64,000 bases of DNA from an uncultured delta proteobacterium (lineage in GTDB: Bacteria; Desulfobacterota; Binatia; DP-6), in contig CAWFFN010000012.1 in the NCBI GenBank assembly GCA_963815115.1, positions 448,001 through 512,000 on the forward strand. Direction: 5' to 3'. A program made the translations under genes and the position numbers. Under the pieces are notes generated by a model that had not been told where the DNA came from, ran no database searches, and worked only from the letters and a program-made list of their open reading frames with translations. Shown piece by piece: positions 7,912 through 17,678 of this stretch. The stretch's first letter is position 1, and each line of letters begins with the position of its first letter.

Positions 7912-9426
7912 TCAGTAGGAGAGCTGGAACTGCGTCAGGAGGACGTTCTCGTGGTCCCGTAGATGGTCGCCGAACTTCACCGGGGTGTCGAAGTCGGTGT
8001 GATACCAGTCCGCCTGGAGCTTGAAGTTCTTGTTCAGGTACCAGTTGACCCCGATCGCCCAGGTCGAGGCGTGCTGCGTCGAGTTGGGGGTCTTGGCGAA
8101 GCCGGTCGAGAAGGCCTTGGGATCGACGCCGAGGTAGCTGCCCTGGGCGGCGAGCTCGAAGGCGCCCCAGCGCCCGTTCAGCGGGTCGAAGGGGTTGATC
8201 GGGACGACTCCCTTGAAGGACGCGTCCTCGCCGGTGAGCACGTACGACGCCTGGACGAACCAGCCCTGGTTGTCGAACGTCTGGTCCAGCGTCGTCGTGG
8301 TCACCTTCTTGGTCTTGGAGTCCGTCACCTTCTCGGTGCGCTCGGCGCCGATGCTGGAGACGAGGTACTCGCCCATGAGCCCGAACGGCCCCCAGTAGTA
8401 GTAGCCCTGCGGGATGAAGCGATAGTGCGAGCCGTTCGCGAGCACCGTGATGGTGTCGGACGACGAGGTGGACGTGTCGTACGTGAAGAACGTCGAGCGG
8501 CCCGGCGTGCGGTACTGGATCTGGTTCAGGTTGTCGCCTTCCTTCGCCCGGCCGTAGTCGCCCGCGAAGCCGAAGCCGAAGCCCTTGAGCCAGTCGACGT
8601 CCGTGTTGGCCATGGGCGTCAGGAACAGGCGATAGTCGCCGTCGAAGTCCGACGTCGGATTGGAGTCCAGCAGCTGGTTGTCGAGCGCGCCGTCGAAGGC
8701 GCCGATCTGCCACTGGGCCAGACCGCCGAGGATGTCGCCCCCGACCTGGAAGCCGGTGTCGCGGTTGGGGGCGAGCTGGTTCGCGGTCGAGCGCTCGGCG
8801 AATAGCAGATCGGTCGCCGACTGCAGGCGCTCGAGGCTGAGCGGCGGCTTGAACTTGCCGCCGCGGAGCGACACCCACGGCTTGAAGTAGTTGACGTCGA
8901 AGTAGGCGTCGTAGATCTGGGTCTGGCTGTTGCCGAAGTCGGGCATGATCTTGAAGTCGAAGTACTTGTAGACCGTGCCCTCGACGATGGGCCGCACGCG
9001 GCGCAGGAAGATGCTGTCGGTGCCGGTGTCGCCCGACTCCTGCGGGAAGTCGCGGAACTGGGTCTGGAGATAGCCGCGTAGCTTCAGCTTGAAGTCGCCG
9101 CCCGGCGACTGGAGGTAGAAGCCGTCGTTCCAGCCGGCGAGGACCTTCTGCTTCTTCAACTTGTCGTCGACGATGGATTCGACCGCCGACTGGTCGAGCT
9201 GCGTCTCGACGTGTTGCTGCGGTGCGGGTGCCGTCGCCGCCCGGCTGCGCCTGGGTGCGGGCTGATCGAGCCCGTTCTCGCGGATGATCTGCTCGAGCCG
9301 GCGGACGCGCTCCTCGAGCTCCGCGCGGGTCGGCTCCTTCGCCACCACCACCCCCGGCGGTGCGACAAGCGCGGCGGTGAGGACGAGGCTCCAGAGCCTG
9401 CGTCTGTGTCGTGACCGGATGAACAT
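7912..9426 (-). CDS. OprO/OprP-family anion-selective porin
   Basis: Signal peptide, coiled coil, FLRRVRPIVEG, GKFKPPLSLERLQS, GWFVQASYVLTGE, GVNWYLN, terminal aromatic residue. Confidence 0.88.
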   Translation of the reverse strand: MFIRSRHRRRLWSLVLTAALVAPPGVVVAKEPTRAELEERVRRLEQIIRENGLDQPAPRRSRAATAPAPQQHVETQLDQSAVESIVDDKLKKQKVLAGWNDGFYLQSPGGDFKLKLRGYLQTQFRDFPQESGDTGTDSIFLRRVRPIVEGTVYKYFDFKIMPDFGNSQTQIYDAYFDVNYFKPWVSLRGGKFKPPLSLERLQSATDLLFAERSTANQLAPNRDTGFQVGGDILGGLAQWQIGAFDGALDNQLLDSNPTSDFDGDYRLFLTPMANTDVDWLKGFGFGFAGDYGRAKEGDNLNQIQYRTPGRSTFFTYDTSTSSSDTITVLANGSHYRFIPQGYYYWGPFGLMGEYLVSSIGAERTEKVTDSKTKKVTTTTLDQTFDNQGWFVQASYVLTGEDASFKGVVPINPFDPLNGRWGAFELAAQGSYLGVDPKAFSTGFAKTPNSTQHASTWAIGVNWYLNKNFKLQADWYHTDFDTPVKFGDHLRDHENVLLTQFQLSY

Positions 9427-9557
9427 CGATGACTCCCCTCATCGCGTTCCTCCGGTGTCTCCGGTCGGTTCGCTTCGTCGTCGTGTCGTCCGCCTCCCGT
9501 GGTCGGGTCGGCCGGGTGGGTACGGGCGCGAGCCCTCGTTACCTCACCGCGTTCCGC

Positions 9558-9740
9558 TCATGACGCCCGGTCCCGCTTGTCGAGGCGGAACTTCTCCGTG
9601 CGTTCCACCTGCACCACCACCCCATCCTGGACGATGGCCGTCACCGTGCCGTAGCGCAGGCCGCGCAGGGCGGCGGTGATGCGCGCGAGCCCGTCGTGAG
9701 CCCGATCGAGCGGCACTCGGTCGTCGCCGTTCAGCCCCAT
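9558..9740 (-). CDS. YezD/OscA-like (DUF2292) small protein
   Basis: ALRGLRYGTVTAIVQDGVVVQVERTEKFRL; typical of sulfate-uptake operons. Confidence 0.85.
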   Translation of the reverse strand: MGLNGDDRVPLDRAHDGLARITAALRGLRYGTVTAIVQDGVVVQVERTEKFRLDKRDRAS

Positions 9741-9764
9741 CTGTTCCTCCCCGAGGCCGCGGCC

Positions 9765-10823
9765 TCAGATCGCGTACTCCTGGACGAAGAGCCGCACCTG
9801 CCGCGGCGCCACGTACACGGTGTCGCCGACCTGCAGCCGCAGCTCGGCGTAGCGATCCCACGGGATGTCGACGTTGAGGACCACGCCGAACGCCTCCGAG
9901 TAGACCCGCACCTTCACCACCGGCCGCGCCGGGTTGACGTGCATCACCTTGACCTCGAGGCTGGGCCGGCCGTTCTTGGCGCGCAGGATCTCCAGCTCGT
10001 GCGAGCGGATGAACGCCGTCGCCGCACGCGACTCGTCGTGCGGATACTCGGGGTACGCCACCTCGAGGCTGCCGAGCCGTGCCCGGCCGGCCTGCACGCT
10101 GCCGTGGAAGACGTTCACGTTGCCGAGGAAGTCCATGACGAACGGGTTGGCGGGATGCTCGAAGATCTCGCCCGGCGTGCCGATCTGCTCGATGCGGCCC
10201 TTGTTCATGATCACGACGCGATCGGAGACCTCGAACGCTTCCTCCTGGTCGTGGGTGACGAACACGCTGGTGACGTGGATCTCGTCGTGCAGGCGGCGCA
10301 GCCACTAGCGCAGCTCCTGGCGCACCTTGGCGTCGAGTGCGCCGAAGGGCTCGTCGAGCAGCAGCACCTTCGGCTCCGCCGCCAGGGCGCGTGCGAGGGC
10401 GACGCGCTGGCGCTGGCCGCCGGAGAGCTGCGACGGCAGCGAGCGCTCGAGGCCTTCGAGCTGCACCAGCCGCAGCAGCTCGTGCACGCGGTCGCGGATC
10501 TGCGCCTTGGGGCGCTTGCGCACGCGCAGCCCGAAGGCGACGTTGTCGAAGACCGTCATGTGCCGGAACAGCGCATAGTGCTGGAAGACGAACCCGACGT
10601 TGCGCTCTCGCACCGCGGCATCGGTGACGTCCTCGTCCTTGTAGAGGACGGCGCCCGCGTCCGGCACCTCCAGCCCCGAGATGATGCGCAGCAGCGTCGT
10701 CTTGCCGGAGCCCGAGGGCCCCAGCAGGGCGAGCAGCTCGCCGTCCGGCACGTCGAGGCTCACGTTGTCGAGTGCCAGGAAGTTCCCGAAGCGCTTGGTG
10801 ACGTTCTTGACCGTGATGCTCAT
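9765..10823 (-). pseudogene. cysA: Sulfate ABC transporter ATPase CysA interrupted by an in-frame TAG at 10305-10307
   Basis: MSITVKNV.., [23 protein letters not shown], then [27 protein letters not shown] continuing in the same frame. Confidence 0.85.
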
Positions 10824-11713
10824 CCTTCTCCTCCGGTCGCGAGCATGCGCTCGTTCTCTGCCAGCTCGCGGCGTGTCTTCCACTCCAGCGTCGTCTTCAC
10901 CAGCAGGGTGACCAGCGCGAGCAGTGCGAGCACGGATGCCACGGCGAAGGCGCCGGGCATGTTGTACTCCTGGAACAGCTTCTCCACCCGCAGCGGCATC
11001 GTGTCGGTCTGTCCGGCGATGTGGCCGGAGACCACGTAGACCGCACCGAACTCGCCCATCGCGCGCGCGTTGCAGAGGATGACGCCGTAGAGCAGGCCCC
11101 ACTTGATGTTGGGCAGCGTGACGCGACGGAACAGCTGCCAGCCGCGCGCGCCGAGGCTGACGGCGGCCACCTCCTCCTCGGAGCCGAGCGCCTCCATCAG
11201 CGGGATCAGCTCGCGGGCGATCACGGGGAAGGTGACGAAGATGGTCGCCAGCACGAGTCCGGGGAAGGCGAACACGACCTTCACGTCGTGCGCGCGCAGC
11301 CACGGGCCGAAGATGCCCTGGAGCCCGAAGAGCAGCAGCAGGAACAGGCCCGCGACCACCGGCGACACCGTGAACGGCAGGTCGATGAGGGCGGTGAGGA
11401 AGGCGCGGCCGGGGAAGCGGAAGCGGGCGATCGCCCAGGCCGCGGCGATGCCGAAGATCAGGTTCAGCAGCACCGCGACCGGGGCCACCAGCAGCGTGAG
11501 CATGATCGAGTGGAGCGTGTCGGGGTCGTGGACCAGGTTGTCCCAGTAGGTTCGCAGCCCTGCCGAGAACGCCTGCACGAAGACGACCACGAGCGGAATC
11601 ACCACCAGGAAGATCATGACCGCGAGCGCCATGCCGATGAGCAGCCGGCGCACGATCGGCGGGTCCTCGTGCGCGCGCAGGTAGCCGGGGGCCGACGGTG
11701 GGTGTTCAGCCAT
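10820..11713 (-). CDS. cysW: Sulfate ABC transporter permease CysW
   Basis: [39 protein letters not shown]. Confidence 0.93.
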   Translation of the reverse strand: MAEHPPSAPGYLRAHEDPPIVRRLLIGMALAVMIFLVVIPLVVVFVQAFSAGLRTYWDNLVHDPDTLHSIMLTLLVAPVAVLLNLIFGIAAAWAIARFRFPGRAFLTALIDLPFTVSPVVAGLFLLLLFGLQGIFGPWLRAHDVKVVFAFPGLVLATIFVTFPVIARELIPLMEALGSEEEVAAVSLGARGWQLFRRVTLPNIKWGLLYGVILCNARAMGEFGAVYVVSGHIAGQTDTMPLRVEKLFQEYNMPGAFAVASVLALLALVTLLVKTTLEWKTRRELAENERMLATGGEG

Positions 11714-12532
11714 GGTGGCGCGTGCTCCAGCGTTCGAGGAGGTTGATGGCGAAGAGGGTGACGAACGAGATGGCGAGGAGCACCACCGCGATCGCCGTCG
11801 CCTCGGCGTAGTTGAACTCCTCCAGGCGCGCGACCACGAGCACCGGCGCGATCTCCGTCCTGAACGGCATGTTGCCGGAGACGAAGACCACCGAGCCGTA
11901 CTCGCCGAGCGAGCGGGCGAAGGCCAGCGCGAAGCCGGTGATGATCGCCGGGGTGATCGAGGGCAGGATCACCTTGACGGCCGTCTGGAAGCGATTCGCC
12001 CCGAGGCACGCCGAGGCCTCCTCGACGTCGCGCTCCAGACCCTCGAGCACCGGCTGAACCGTGCGGACGACGAACGGGAAGCCGATGAAGACCAGCACGA
12101 TGACGATGCCGAGGCGCGAGTACGCGCCCTGGATGCCGAGCGGCACGAGGAAGCGCCCGAACCAGCCGCCCTTCACCAGCAGGCTCGAGTAGACCAGGCC
12201 GGCGACCGCGGTCGGCAGCGCGAACGGCAAATCGACCAGGGCGTCGAACAGGCGCTTGAGCGGGAAGTCGTAGCGCACCAGCACCCAGGCCACCAGCACT
12301 CCGAGCACGAGGTTGATGGCGGCGGATGTGAAGGACACGCCGAGCGTGAGCAGGTACGCCGCCACGCGCGCTCGGAGGAGACCGCCGCCCAGAAGGCGTC
12401 GAGCGAGAGGCTGGACGCCTTCCAGAAGCCCGCCGCCATCGGAACGAGCACCACCAGCGACAGGTAGAACATCGTGTAGCCGAGGCTGAGCGCAAAGCCC
12501 GGCAGCACCCGGCGATTCACATCGGCCGTCAT
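11706..12532 (-). pseudogene. cysT: Sulfate ABC transporter permease CysT with a 1-nt frameshift near 12365 (possibly a sequencing error)
   Basis: N-terminus MTADVNRRVLPGFALSLGYT..SSERA is in one frame; AAYLLTL..DLPFALPTAVAG..FARSLGEYGSV is in another. Confidence 0.85.
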
Positions 12533-12554
12533 GACGTTCGTCCCCGATCGGCGC

Positions 12555-13550
12555 TCACTTGGGCTTGTAGAAGCTGTCGAACACGCCGCCGTCGCCGAAG
12601 TACTTGGCGGAGGCGTCGTCCCAGCTCTTGGCCACGGTGGTGATGTCGAAGCGCTTGATGTCCGGGAATTGCGCGGCGTACTTCGCGGCCACGGCGGGAT
12701 CGCTCGGGCGGTAGTAGTTCTTCGCGATGATCTCCTGCCCCTCGGGCGTGTAGAGGAACTCCAGGTACGCCTTCGCGACCTCGGCGGTGCCCTTGTGGTC
12801 GACGTTCTTGTCGACCCAGGCGACGTGGGGCTGCGCCAGGATGCTGCTCGAGGGATAGACGATCTCGACCTCGCCGCCGGCCTCCTGCACCTCCAGCTTC
12901 GCCTCGTTCTCCCAGGCGAGGTGGACGTCGCCGATGTTCTTCTCCACGAAGGTGACCGTCGAGCCGCGCGCGCCGAGGTCCAAGACGGGGGTCTGCGCAT
13001 ACAGCTTCTTCACGAAGTCGAGCGCGTCCGCGTCCGAGCCGCCGTGCTCCTTCACGTAGCCCCAGGCGGCGAGGAAGGAGAGCTTGCCGTTGCCCGAGGT
13101 CTTCGGATTGGGCGTCACGATCTCGACGCCGGGCTTCACGATGTCGGGCCAGTCCTTGATGCCCTTCGGGTTGCCCTTGCGCACCACGAAGACGATCGTC
13201 GAGGTGTAGGGCAGGGAATCGTTCGGCAGCCGCTTGGTCCAGTCGGCGGGCATCAGCCCCGCCTTCGCGATGGCGTCGGTGTCGCCCCACAGCGCGAGCG
13301 TGACGACGTCGGCGTCGAGCCCGTCGATCACGGCGCGCGCCTGCGTGCCCGAGCCGCCATGCGACTGCTTGATCGAGACCTCGTTGCCCGTCTTCGCCTT
13401 GTACTGCGCGGCGAAGGCCGCGTTGATCGCCTTGTAGAGCTCGCGCGTCGGATCGTACGAGACGTTGAGGAGCTCGTACGAGGCGGCGCCCGCGGTGGAT
13501 CCGGCGAGCGCCATGGCGGCGAGGAACAGTAGTGCGGTTCGGTGGCGCAT
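12555..13550 (-). CDS. sbp: Sulfate/thiosulfate-binding periplasmic protein
   Basis: [53 protein letters not shown]. Confidence 0.94.
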   Translation of the reverse strand: MRHRTALLFLAAMALAGSTAGAASYELLNVSYDPTRELYKAINAAFAAQYKAKTGNEVSIKQSHGGSGTQARAVIDGLDADVVTLALWGDTDAIAKAGLMPADWTKRLPNDSLPYTSTIVFVVRKGNPKGIKDWPDIVKPGVEIVTPNPKTSGNGKLSFLAAWGYVKEHGGSDADALDFVKKLYAQTPVLDLGARGSTVTFVEKNIGDVHLAWENEAKLEVQEAGGEVEIVYPSSSILAQPHVAWVDKNVDHKGTAEVAKAYLEFLYTPEGQEIIAKNYYRPSDPAVAAKYAAQFPDIKRFDITTVAKSWDDASAKYFGDGGVFDSFYKPK

Positions 13551-13670
13551 GGAGTCGTCTCCTCTGCCCTGATGCGTCAGGGGATGGCGGCCCCTTGCGC
13601 CGCGATGGCGCTGGGGATCCAGGTGATGTCGGACGGATTGGGGCGGCGGGACCGCCAGACCGGGTAGACG

Positions 13671-13847
13671 CTATGCGGCGATCCGGTCGGGGCGACAAAG
13701 ACCCCCCCGAGAGGCGGTGTGCTCCGCGGCCAGTGCTGCGGCGTGCACGGCGCGGGCCGCCTCGCGGAGCGCGCGGGGGTTGTCCGAGATGGAGCGCAGG
13801 TGCCGCTTCGTCCTCAGCCACCGGTTGTGCATCTGCTTCGTCGTCAT
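13671..13847 (-). CDS. 58-aa hypothetical protein, first gene after the attenuator
   Basis: RBS GAGGAGG before ATG 13847; MTTKQMHNRWLRTKRHLRSISDNPRALREAARAVH...; shorter than any ORF in the supplied track. Confidence 0.45.
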   Translation of the reverse strand: MTTKQMHNRWLRTKRHLRSISDNPRALREAARAVHAAALAAEHTASRGGLCRPDRIAA

Positions 13848-13920
13848 CGCTCGTCCCTCCTCGGGGGTTGGTGTGTGTCGTCGTCCTCTCGAGCCGTCGG
13901 CTCGAATTGGCGGCTCCGCG

Positions 13921-13962
13921 AAAAAACAAAGGCCCGGGAGGCTGGAGCCGCCCGGGCCTTTG
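13921..13962 (-). terminator. Intrinsic terminator (attenuator) upstream of the sulfate operon
   Basis: Minus strand CAAAGGCCCGGGCGGC-TCCA-GCCTCCCGGGCCTTTG-TTTTTT: a 15/16-bp stem plus U tract. Confidence 0.85.
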
Positions 13963-13984
13963 GTTCACACGAGGTCGTCGAGGA

Positions 13985-14080
13985 TCAGGACGTCACAGCG
14001 ACGAGCGCGACGCGACCGAAGTCACGGGTGGCCACCCGGGCCTCGATACAACAACAAGGCGTCGCGAGATGCGTTCGCAC
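13985..14080 (-). CDS. Putative 31-aa Cys-Cys-Cys leader peptide
   Basis: GTG..TGA encodes MRTHLATPCCCIEARVATRDFGRVALVAVTS with TGT-TGT-TGT at 14056-14048; ends 22 nt before the terminator stem. Confidence 0.7.
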   Translation of the reverse strand: MRTHLATPCCCIEARVATRDFGRVALVAVTS

Positions 14081-14088
14081 GGCGATGG

Positions 14089-14117
14089 GCTATGCCCCAG
14101 CCGTCCAGCGGTGTCAA
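14089..14117 (-). promoter_or_regulatory. Putative sigma70 promoter of the leader/sulfate operon
   Basis: Perfect TTGACA (14117-14112), 17-nt spacer, weak -10 CATAGC. The predicted start site falls within a few nt of the leader GTG. Confidence 0.45.
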
Positions 14118-14172
14118 GCAGCAGGCAAGAGGCGACCGCTTCCATGGCCGTGCTTTACAGCCCGGGACCCTT

Positions 14173-15117
14173 GTGGCCAGGCTACGCGCCGTGCTCCAGC
14201 GCCGAGGTGTCCTTCTCCCCCTCCTTCTCACATGCGCCCTGGTCCCGGCATGCGGCCGGGAGGATCGGAAGACCGCCGTCGCACCGCGGCCCCGGACCTC
14301 GCCGCGCACCGTACGCATCACCATGGACGCCTTGCACCAGCTCGGCGGCGTCCCTGCGGGCTGGCAGCTGACGCCGCTCCCCGGCGACGTCGAGGCCGGC
14401 CGCAGGACCTTCCAGGACCTCGGCTGCGCATCCTGCCACAAGGTCGCCGGCGAGGCGTTCGCGGACCAGGCGACGGGAGGTCCCGGGCCCGAGCTGACCG
14501 GCATGGGCAGCCACCATCCCCCGGCCTACTTCCTCGAGTCGATCCTCAATCCAGACGCCGTGCTGGTCGATGGGCCGGGCTACGTGAGCGCGGAAGGTCA
14601 CTCCGCGATGCCGACGTATCCGGATCTGCCCATCGCGCAGCTCGAGGACCTGGTGGCCTATCTGAGCTCGCTCACCTCCGGCGATCCTCACGCCGGGCAC
14701 GCGATGCCCATGGCCGGCGCGCCGTCGAGCCCGGCGGACCGGCCGACACCCCCGACGACGCCCGCGGGCAGCTTCTTCGTGCAGACCTACGACGTGCAGC
14801 CCGGGAAGGTGAAGGACTTCGAAGCCTGGTTCCAGCGCGAGGGGGCGAAGAAGTTCCTCACCGTCGACGGCCTCGTCGGCGTCGATACCTACGTCGACGG
14901 GACGCGCCCGACGCAGGCCGTGACGACGGTGTTCGGCTTCCGTGACGACGCGGCCCTGAACGCCTTCATGAGCGCCCACGATCCCGGTGCCGTCGCCGTC
15001 GGGAGTGAGTTCGACGCCTTCGTCGGGCCCCACGATCACAAGATCTTCCGCGCACCGCCGGTGTATCGCGCGCCCTCGCTGTCGACGCCCCTGCGCGTGC
15101 CCAGCCTGCGGGAATGA
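14173..15117 (+). CDS. Monoheme cytochrome c lipoprotein with extra C-terminal domain (start uncertain)
   Basis: Lipobox-like LVPACG, GDVEAGRRTF, CASCH, GPELTGMG, ESILNPDA, AMP. Confidence 0.8.
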   Translation: MARLRAVLQRRGVLLPLLLTCALVPACGREDRKTAVAPRPRTSPRTVRITMDALHQLGGVPAGWQLTPLPGDVEAGRRTFQDLGCASCHKVAGEAFADQATGGPGPELTGMGSHHPPAYFLESILNPDAVLVDGPGYVSAEGHSAMPTYPDLPIAQLEDLVAYLSSLTSGDPHAGHAMPMAGAPSSPADRPTPPTTPAGSFFVQTYDVQPGKVKDFEAWFQREGAKKFLTVDGLVGVDTYVDGTRPTQAVTTVFGFRDDAALNAFMSAHDPGAVAVGSEFDAFVGPHDHKIFRAPPVYRAPSLSTPLRVPSLRE

Positions 15118-15313
15118 GCGCGTCTCGGGCGGCAACGGGCGGTCGGTGCACGCCCCGAGCTCGGCCGCAGTTGCCCGACCAGCACCGCAAACGAATCTCA
15201 CGCCGGCGGCGACGCCCCGGAGGGTCCGCCGACGGAAACGGCGCCGCCGGATCGCTGCGCGTTCGAACCTGCGGCGCAGCGACCCGGCGGCGGACTCGTG
15301 GAGGGCCGGGAAC

Positions 15314-16576
15314 CTACCGGGTCTTCGGCAGCACGCTCACCTGGACCGGGAGGATCATCGCCCCCGGACCGGGGAGCCCGGACGTGATGTTGACGGTCGC
15401 CGACTGGGTCGCCCCGATGCAGAACGTCGCCGCGAGGGCACCGGTTTGCCCATCGGTCGCCCGCTTGCCGGCGCGCTGGATGGTGCCGCCGTCGCCCGTG
15501 GGAAAGCACGGCTGTGTCGTGTCGTTGGAGCAGCACACCTGCGAGATGCCGCCCTTGGAGTCGATGCACTGCCCGTCGGCAGTCGTGGCGGCGCACGCAG
15601 CGCCCGTGCAACCAGCGCTGCAGGTGCCGGCCCCGCCGCAAAAATCGTCCTGCGTCTGCCCCACGCTCTTGCAGGGCAGCGAACCGGGCACGCTCTGGGC
15701 CCCTTCGGTGCTCAGCGGAAGATCGAGATCGAGGGTGCCCGCGATCGCGCTCGCCGGAGGGATGCATTCGCCCGCCAGGAAGTAGTTCGGGTTCCCGGCG
15801 CCCTGCGCAACGTAGTCGACGCCGCTGACGGTGCACGTCGCACCGGGGTTCCGGGCGGAGCTCGAGCACGTGCCCTGGCTCCCGATCGCGCCGCTGCCCC
15901 CGCTCACGACGCAACGCGGGCAAACCTCCTGGGAGCCGGTGATGTAGACGTCGGAGAACAGCTTCACGTCGCCCGTGCTCTTGCCGGTGGCGAGGTCGAA
16001 GGTGCTCGTGATCGTCGAGTCCTGGTACCGGTTGACGACGCACACCGGAATGTTGGCGGCGACCAGGGGGAGAGGAGCACCGAAGGTCGGACCGTTCAGG
16101 CTGTCGTTGCCGGTCGTCCCCGTACCCGTGCAGGTCGTGGCGCCGCTCCGGTCGCACCCGCTCAGGCAGTACTTGAGCGTCGAGCCGCCCAGGATCGGGA
16201 AGTTGTGCGACACGCCGGTGACGCCGTTGTCGAGGTCGCTGCCGTTGCCGCGCGCGGGGTTGCCGGGATCGACGAGCGGCACCGTCAGGGTGAGCTGGGT
16301 CGGCAGATCGGACGGCGTGCGCGTGCATTCCGAGGATGACAGTTGACCCGAAACGGTCCCACACCAGGCTGCCGTGCCCACCTTCCGGCACTGGCGCACT
16401 TCACGGGCCTTGCATGCGGCCCGGCGCCCACGGCGGAGCCCGTCACAATCTTCCGCGATCTTCGGGCCGCACACGGAGCGGCACTCGGCCTTCGAGGCCG
16501 CCGGCTTCGCGTGTGCGAGCTGACCGCCCGCAAGAACGGCGACGCCAAGAACGGCTGCAATGCAGAACTGCCTCAC
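15314..16576 (-). CDS. Secreted Cys-rich protein of unknown function
   Basis: RBS GGAGGAG before GTG 16576; signal peptide ending AHA; many Cys; GSDLDNGVTG and FGAPLP motifs. Confidence 0.75.
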   Translation of the reverse strand: MRQFCIAAVLGVAVLAGGQLAHAKPAASKAECRSVCGPKIAEDCDGLRRGRRAACKAREVRQCRKVGTAAWCGTVSGQLSSSECTRTPSDLPTQLTLTVPLVDPGNPARGNGSDLDNGVTGVSHNFPILGGSTLKYCLSGCDRSGATTCTGTGTTGNDSLNGPTFGAPLPLVAANIPVCVVNRYQDSTITSTFDLATGKSTGDVKLFSDVYITGSQEVCPRCVVSGGSGAIGSQGTCSSSARNPGATCTVSGVDYVAQGAGNPNYFLAGECIPPASAIAGTLDLDLPLSTEGAQSVPGSLPCKSVGQTQDDFCGGAGTCSAGCTGAACAATTADGQCIDSKGGISQVCCSNDTTQPCFPTGDGGTIQRAGKRATDGQTGALAATFCIGATQSATVNITSGLPGPGAMILPVQVSVLPKTR

Positions 16577-17046
16577 GATGGTGCTCCTCCGGTCACGTGG
16601 ACCGAGATGATTCGGGGATGCTGCCGACTCCCCTACGGTTCGCTGGCTGGTACACGCGGACATTGCCTGGTGAGGGAGCAAGGACGATGCCGTACGGTCG
16701 CGCCGAGATTCCGAGGGGTTACCGCGCCGCGGCGAGCTGCTGGTCGTCTACCGATTCGAAAGGAAACGATGCCCCGGGCGTGCGCTGCCCGGGCAGGCGG
16801 GGGACGCAGCGCCCGAACGAGCCGCTCGAGCGCGAGGACTCGGTCGCGAGACGACCTCGATCTCCCACCGAGACCGTCGGGTCGATGACCGGTTTCTAAG
16901 AAAGTTTGGGGGATGTGACGGGCCGCCGCTCCTTTTCCGCGAGCGTGACGCAAACTCCGAACTCCGACGCTCGGCCAGTCGAGCCCGGGGGCGTCGGCGG
17001 TGCCACGGTCGCTCACGGCGCCGGTCTCGGCTAGACTCCGGGATCG

Positions 17047-17301
17047 ATGCGGGCAGAGGACGCGCAGGCGTTCATGCGGCGGGACTGGGCCGCGGTGGCT
17101 GCCGCCAAGGATGCCGCGTGGCTCGAGGTGCGACGCACCGATGGGATCACGGGTGTCATCCGCATTGCGGACGAGCTCCGCGAGCAGGCCCTCCTCCTGC
17201 ACCCTCACTGGCCCTCCGAGGAGGAGCGTGCCGAAGATCTCTCGACGCACACGCGCGTCGCGGAGGCGATGCGCCGTGCCGGCCAGGACCGCCGCGGGTA
17301 G
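17047..17301 (+). CDS. Small hypothetical protein, probable partner of a nucleotidyltransferase
   Basis: 84 aa; FMRRDW..HPHWPSEEERAEDL; overlaps the next ORF. Confidence 0.6.
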   Translation: MRAEDAQAFMRRDWAAVAAAKDAAWLEVRRTDGITGVIRIADELREQALLLHPHWPSEEERAEDLSTHTRVAEAMRRAGQDRRG

Positions 17302-17500
17302 ACTCCTGCGGGCTCTGGCCCCCGTCCTTCGGCGGTTCGGTGACCGCTGGTATCTGTTCGGTGCGCAGGCCGCGATTGTGTGGGGACGCCCGCGGCTCAC
17401 CGGCGACGTCGACGTCACGCTGTTCCTCGATCCCGAGATGGCGGATCTCGTGCCCCTCTTCGACGCCCAGATCGCGAGCCTGCCGCGCCGTCGGTCCTGA
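17276..17500 (+). pseudogene. Truncated nucleotidyltransferase (toxin-antitoxin-like)
   Basis: RWYLFGAQAAIVWGRPRLTGDVDVT (G-A..R-x-T-x-D-x-D), but only 74 aa. Confidence 0.55.
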
Positions 17501-17678
17501 CAAGCGACGCCCGGCTCCGCCGAGGCTGATCGCAGTTTGCAGCGGGCCTTTGCGCACGGGTGACGCGACGTCCACGCGCCGAGAGGGGGCGGCGTAGGGA
17601 CGCTGGGCGCACATGCCGGTCGTCCTGCACGGCGATGCGCTCAGGTGAGCGCGCTGAGGTGCCGCGGTCCTCGGAAGT

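Noticed and set aside
10305-10307. Pyrrolysine or other recoding of the cysA TAG
   Set aside because: No pyl genes in the window, TAG serves as a normal stop in several genes here, and the position is non-catalytic.
16600-17040. c-di-GMP or c-di-AMP riboswitch in the long intergenic region (contains GACGCAAA)
   Set aside because: The GGCAAAC..GAAA P2 element and other consensus features are missing.
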